NCBI GenBank assembly: GCA_963674735.2
Contig: CAXXQS010000002.1
Location: forward strand, 384,001 to 448,000
Reading direction: 5' to 3'
Source: Myxococcota bacterium
GTDB taxonomy: Bacteria; Myxococcota_A; SURF-8
DNA: 64,000 bases
Shown here: piece after piece, positions 59,812 through 64,000 of the stretch
Layout: every line of letters starts with the position of its first letter
How positions within the stretch are numbered: position 1 is the first letter of the stretch
The notes under the pieces: generated by a model
Databases searched by the model: none
Seen by the model: the letters and a program-made list of their open reading frames with translations, nothing else
Told to the model about the DNA's origin: nothing
Made by a program: the position numbers and the translations under genes

Positions 59812-59999
59812 AACCACTCCTTTTTTCAAATGGTTCAACGGTCTTCGGCGGTATTGCCGGAAGTGGTATGTATAACAATGGGTAAGGAGCGTTGTCAAAT
59901 GCTTTCGGGAAATGGACCGCAACCAAACGATCAGACCCATCCATCGGTCCGGCAATTGGCGCAAGTCAAATCAGAAAAGTCGATTAGAGCGGGGAGAAA

Positions 60000-60488
60000 T
60001 TAATCGAGGATCAGTCGTGAAAAAGAGATCAAGGCATACACGCCACCCAATAAAACAGCCGTCAAGACGCTATAGACAACCAGTTTCCGAAATGTGCGGC
60101 GTTGTTGGTTAAGGCGTTCTTTCCGCGCCAGTTGCATGGCGACCTCTTCCGCTTCCCTGTCATCCGGTAACGGATAGCTTGTTTCGGCCAGAGCACGCGC
60201 CGCACGATCGCGAAATTCAAGAGGAAAAGCAATAAAATAGAAGGGTTTGGAATCGCGGAAGCTTTCGCGAAGCTGGGCGGCTTGATCACTGCCGCCCTGA
60301 GCCAGATCGTTATCGTAGCCCACCTCGCAGGGAACCTGAGCATCGCGCAGACGCATAACCAGATAGCGGACGATATCCTTCGGAAAATATCCATGGTTGG
60401 TTACACGGGCCGTTTGATACGCCTTGCCTTCCAACAGCATCGAAGTACTGCTGTCAATCTTCGTTTCTTTCTCTGCTTGGGCTTGCAT
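60000..60488 (-). CDS. Hypothetical protein with C-terminal TM anchor
   Basis: 162-aa ORF, soluble domain followed by a basic stretch and a hydrophobic helix. Confidence 0.65.
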   Translation of the reverse strand: MQAQAEKETKIDSSTSMLLEGKAYQTARVTNHGYFPKDIVRYLVMRLRDAQVPCEVGYDNDLAQGGSDQAAQLRESFRDSKPFYFIAFPLEFRDRAARALAETSYPLPDDREAEEVAMQLARKERLNQQRRTFRKLVVYSVLTAVLLGGVYALISFSRLILD

Positions 60489-60745
60489 TTACTCGATTAC
60501 CTTCTCGGATCTTTACCGATCGTGTTCTTTCCACGATTCAACCCTGAACCTATCTTTTATAATCGGATATCCTTCGCCGGAGTTTAGCGACAACCGACAG
60601 AAAATGCAACCATCAACCACAAACAGACCCGAGATGGAGTCGACTTGGAAGCGGATTAAAAACCTTTACAACGCCGGGGAGGGTGAATTATGATACCGGC
60701 GGCTTGCCCGGGGATGGATAGCCGAAAAACCATCAGGAGAATTCG

Positions 60746-61090
60746 GTGAGTAAAGATCCGTTAACAAACATGTACCGGGACGTATTCAATGCCTCCGAGA
60801 CGGTATGGCGGGATATCGAAATGACCGCCCGGCGCATCACCGAATGGTTGGTGTTGCGCGGCAAGATGTCGGCGGATGAGGCTCGCAGCATACTGGACGA
60901 TTTCGGCCGGAGCGGCCGTCAGATTCGCCAGGACTGGGAAACTCATATCGACGAAAATATCCGTCAGCGAATACGCAAACACCTCTTTCCTCACCGTGAG
61001 GAAATGACGGATTTGCGCCGACGCGTCACCCGCCTGATCGAGCGAGCCGACCGGCTCGAAGCGCTTTGGCGAGAGCGGAAAGGGCTATAG
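60746..61090 (+). CDS. Phasin-like (PhaF/PhaI-type) protein
   Basis: LV.RGKMS..EA...L, P.REE...L..RV..L..R, with AGGAG SD. Confidence 0.7.
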   Translation: MSKDPLTNMYRDVFNASETVWRDIEMTARRITEWLVLRGKMSADEARSILDDFGRSGRQIRQDWETHIDENIRQRIRKHLFPHREEMTDLRRRVTRLIERADRLEALWRERKGL

Positions 61091-61099
61091 GCAACACCG

Positions 61100-61900
61100 A
61101 TGATCGACGTTCAACGCCTACCGGACAACCGTGAAATGCCCATCGACAAAGTCGGAGTCAAGGGCGTACGCTATCCCATCACCGTGCGTGACCGCAAACG
61201 TGGCAGCCAGAACACGGTGGCCACCATTAATATGTATGTCAACTTGCCCCACCATTTCAAGGGCACCCATATGAGCCGCTTCATCGAAATCCTGAATGCG
61301 CATCGCGGGGCGATCGATATTCGGGAATTCGACGGGCTGCTAACCGAGATCAAATCGCGGCTCGAAGCCCAAAGCGTCCACGTGGAGCTTTCCTTTACCT
61401 ATTTCGTCACTAAAAAGGCGCCGGTTTCGGGGGCGGAATCGCTGGTGGATTACGATATCACCTACATCGCCTCGCTGGACGAGCACAATCAGCCGAGCAT
61501 GACCCTATCGATGCAGGTTCCCATCACCACCGTTTGTCCCTGTTCCAAAGAAATCTCCGAACGCGGCGCTCACAATCAACGCGGCACGGTCACCTTGTCG
61601 CTGCGCATGACACGCTTCGTCTGGCTGGAGGAGTTCATTAATCGCGTGGAGGCTGCCGGATCGGGTCAGCTCTATGCGCTTTTAAAACGCGAAGATGAAA
61701 AGTTCTGCACCGAAACCGCCTACGACAACCCGCGCTTCGTAGAAGACGTGGTACGCGAAGTCGGTCAGGTGATGCGCGACGATCCCAATATTCTGTGGTT
61801 CAAAGTCGAAAGCGAAACCCTGGAATCGATCCACAACCACAATGCCTATGCCTGTATTGAAATCGACAAGACGGCCCAAACGTCCGTTGCCAATGATTGA
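61100..61900 (+). CDS. folE2: GTP cyclohydrolase IB
   Basis: DVQ, IDKVGVK, KGTHMSRF, TTVCPCSKEIS..GAHNQR, LLKREDEK, NPRFVED, ESIHNH.AYA. Confidence 0.97.
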   Translation: MIDVQRLPDNREMPIDKVGVKGVRYPITVRDRKRGSQNTVATINMYVNLPHHFKGTHMSRFIEILNAHRGAIDIREFDGLLTEIKSRLEAQSVHVELSFTYFVTKKAPVSGAESLVDYDITYIASLDEHNQPSMTLSMQVPITTVCPCSKEISERGAHNQRGTVTLSLRMTRFVWLEEFINRVEAAGSGQLYALLKREDEKFCTETAYDNPRFVEDVVREVGQVMRDDPNILWFKVESETLESIHNHNAYACIEIDKTAQTSVAND

Positions 61901-61912
61901 CGGAAATCCGAT

Positions 61913-62728
61913 ATGAATGCGAGGAAACAAATGCTTAGAGGGGGCTGCAAAGGAGTTTGGATCGGGATCGCGCTGCTCTTGGTCTTGCTGTTGGCGGTGG
62001 CCTGCACCGGGCGCAATCAGATTACGCCTAAAGATCGGACGGCCGCACAAAACTACTTCCGGCTGGCCATCAGCAATTACGAAGCGGGACAAGTGATCGA
62101 AGCACTGCGCAATCTGCAGGAAGCCGAGAAATTCAATCCGGAAGACAAACACGTCAAACACCTGTTCGGCATCATCTATCTTGGAAAAAATAAGTTCCCC
62201 GAAGCCGAAGCCAACCTGAAAGAGGCCGTACGTCTCGACCCTGAATTTTCCGATGCCTACAACACTCTGGCGGCCGTTTACATGGCACAAGAAAAATGGC
62301 CCCAGGCCGTGGAAGCGTTGGATTTTCCCGCTAACGATCTGATGTATCCGCAAAAGGCAGCGGCTTTCAACAACCTGGGTTGGTGCCACTACAAATTGGG
62401 AAATCCGCAAAAAGCGCTCGAGTACTTCCGCTCGGCCACCGTCGAAAACCCGAAATTTTGCCTGGCCTTCTACAACACCGGTATTATTTACAAATCTCTG
62501 GCAAAATACACGGAAGCCATTCGTTTTTTCGATCAGGCAATCAACGCCACCGAAGAGTGCAACAACTACTTTCAGGCCATTTTCGAGCTGGCTCAAGTGG
62601 CCATCAAAGCGCGCGATTTCGAAAAAGCCCGCCCGGCATTGGAAAAATGTGTTAGGTTAGGGGGATCGAGCAACGAAGCCCGTATTTGTCGGGACAACTT
62701 GCGCATGATCGTGAAACCGGCGAACTGA
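61913..62728 (+). CDS. tgl: TPR lipoprotein, type IV pilus pilotin (Tgl/PilF-like)
   Basis: Lipobox LAVAC, TPRs with DL.Y......A.NNLGW, NP.FC.A.YN, paired C-terminal cysteines. Confidence 0.75.
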   Translation: MNARKQMLRGGCKGVWIGIALLLVLLLAVACTGRNQITPKDRTAAQNYFRLAISNYEAGQVIEALRNLQEAEKFNPEDKHVKHLFGIIYLGKNKFPEAEANLKEAVRLDPEFSDAYNTLAAVYMAQEKWPQAVEALDFPANDLMYPQKAAAFNNLGWCHYKLGNPQKALEYFRSATVENPKFCLAFYNTGIIYKSLAKYTEAIRFFDQAINATEECNNYFQAIFELAQVAIKARDFEKARPALEKCVRLGGSSNEARICRDNLRMIVKPAN

Positions 62729-62833
62729 CACCGCTTGGATGAAACACGGAATGATGGACAGGAACGACAACATGGCGGATGATCCGTACCCATCGTGTTG
62801 CTTAAACGCCCAACGGGAGTGGCAAGGTGAGCT

Positions 62834-64000
62834 GTGCTCAGCCGTAAGCTACAAGTCCTACTCAACACCCTCCAGAAACTGTTGCGCAAAAACGCGCATC
62901 AGCGGGTGCGCTATATCATCCACAAGGTGCACGAAGAAGATCTAGCCGTTGTCTACCATTTTCTGAACGAATATCAACAAGATACCATATTCAGCCTGAT
63001 CGACGACCCCGAGCGCAAGGCCGAACTGCTGCAAAAGCTCGACCCGCCGGTGTCCCAACGCCTGATCGAAGATCTTTCGGTGCCCACCATCGTGGACATC
63101 ATCGATCAGATGTACGACGATGACGCTGCCGACCTTATCCAGGATCTGCCGGAAGAAAAGAAACAAGCCATCCTGGGTCGTTTGAAAAAGGACGATCGCG
63201 AGGATATCCGCGACCTGATGCAGTATGACGACGACACCGCCGGTGGTCTGATGACCACCGATTTCGTGGCGGTCCCGTCCAGCTACACCGCCCACCAGGT
63301 GATGGGGGTCGTACAAGACGCCGGTGAAGAGGCGGAGATGGTGTTTTACATCTACGCCTACGATGAAAACGAGCGCCTGGAAGGCGTCGTCTCACTGCGT
63401 GAAGTCGTGCAGGCCGATGAAAACGCCGTCCTCGCCGATTTCATGGAAACCGACATTCACAAAGTGCGCGCCAACATCGATCAGGAGGACGTGGCCAAGG
63501 TCATTTCCCGTTACGATATTCTGGCCGTGCCGGTGGTGGATGAAGAAAATCGCATGCTCGGCATCGTCACCGTGGATGATATCATCGACGTCATCCGCGA
63601 AGAGGCCACCGAGGATATCCTGAAACTGGTGGGTACCGGCGAAGAACTGCTCGAAGATTACTCGGTCAAAAAGAGTATCGTCAGTCGCCTGCCCTGGCTT
63701 TTAGCCACCTGGATGGGCGGCATCCTGGTGATGCAACTGGTGAATCATTACGAGAGCCAGCTTTCGCAAGTGGTGGCGCTGACCGCCTTTTTCCCAATCA
63801 TTCTGGGAATGTCGGGTAATCTGGGACAGCAGTCCGCCACCATCATCGTGCGTGGTCTGGCCATCGGACGCGTGGATATTTCCCAGTTGGCCAGCACCAT
63901 CGGCAAAGAAGCCATGACCGGGCTGATCATCGGGTTGGTTTACGGCTCGGCGCTGGCCATGCTGGCCTGGGTGCAATACGGGGCCGAGGTGGCCATGATC
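62834..64000 (+). CDS. mgtE: Magnesium transporter MgtE, 3'-truncated by window edge
   Basis: Manual translation from GTG 62834: DDAADLI..L, Y.DDTAGGLMT, CBS pair, DQE.VA....RYD.LAVPVVD, GIVTVDDI.DVI.EEATEDI, RLPWL, GN.G.QS.TI.VR. Confidence 0.95.
   Translation, partial: MLSRKLQVLLNTLQKLLRKNAHQRVRYIIHKVHEEDLAVVYHFLNEYQQDTIFSLIDDPERKAELLQKLDPPVSQRLIEDLSVPTIVDIIDQMYDDDAADLIQDLPEEKKQAILGRLKKDDREDIRDLMQYDDDTAGGLMTTDFVAVPSSYTAHQVMGVVQDAGEEAEMVFYIYAYDENERLEGVVSLREVVQADENAVLADFMETDIHKVRANIDQEDVAKVISRYDILAVPVVDEENRMLGIVTVDDIIDVIREEATEDILKLVGTGEELLEDYSVKKSIVSRLPWLLATWMGGILVMQLVNHYESQLSQVVALTAFFPIILGMSGNLGQQSATIIVRGLAIGRVDISQLASTIGKEAMTGLIIGLVYGSALAMLAWVQYGAEVAMI

Overview
GC-rich bacterial chromosome segment, most likely Myxococcota / former Deltaproteobacteria (MYXO-CTERM tail, Tgl-like pilotin, Cys-rich acidic lipoproteins, holB-ricT-metG-tatD synteny). 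No rRNA, tRNA, CRISPR array, transposase or integrase was recognised. From left to right: a GT-C type glycosyltransferase; an orphan 74-aa Cys/His protein; about 15 kb of large surface proteins, ending in a 1903-aa mosaic lipoprotein that has a consensus sigma-54 promoter and an adjacent atypical enhancer-binding protein; TetR-TolC; small membrane genes; DUF4139/4140, cupin and Fe-S genes; a complete his operon with a His-codon leader attenuator, a HisC-HAD fusion and a HisA-HisI-HisE fusion that resembles fungal His4 and lies in frame with hisD; an unannotated 48-aa membrane peptide; a Cys-repeat lipoprotein; a peroxiredoxin-like gene; DtxR; an 8-gene TonB uptake operon; tatD-metG-ricT-holB-epmA preceded by two paralogous AMMECR1 + alpha/alpha-toroid lipoproteins with complementary motif loss; phasin-like, folE2, tgl and a truncated mgtE. 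All family assignments come from reading motifs by eye. No database search was run.
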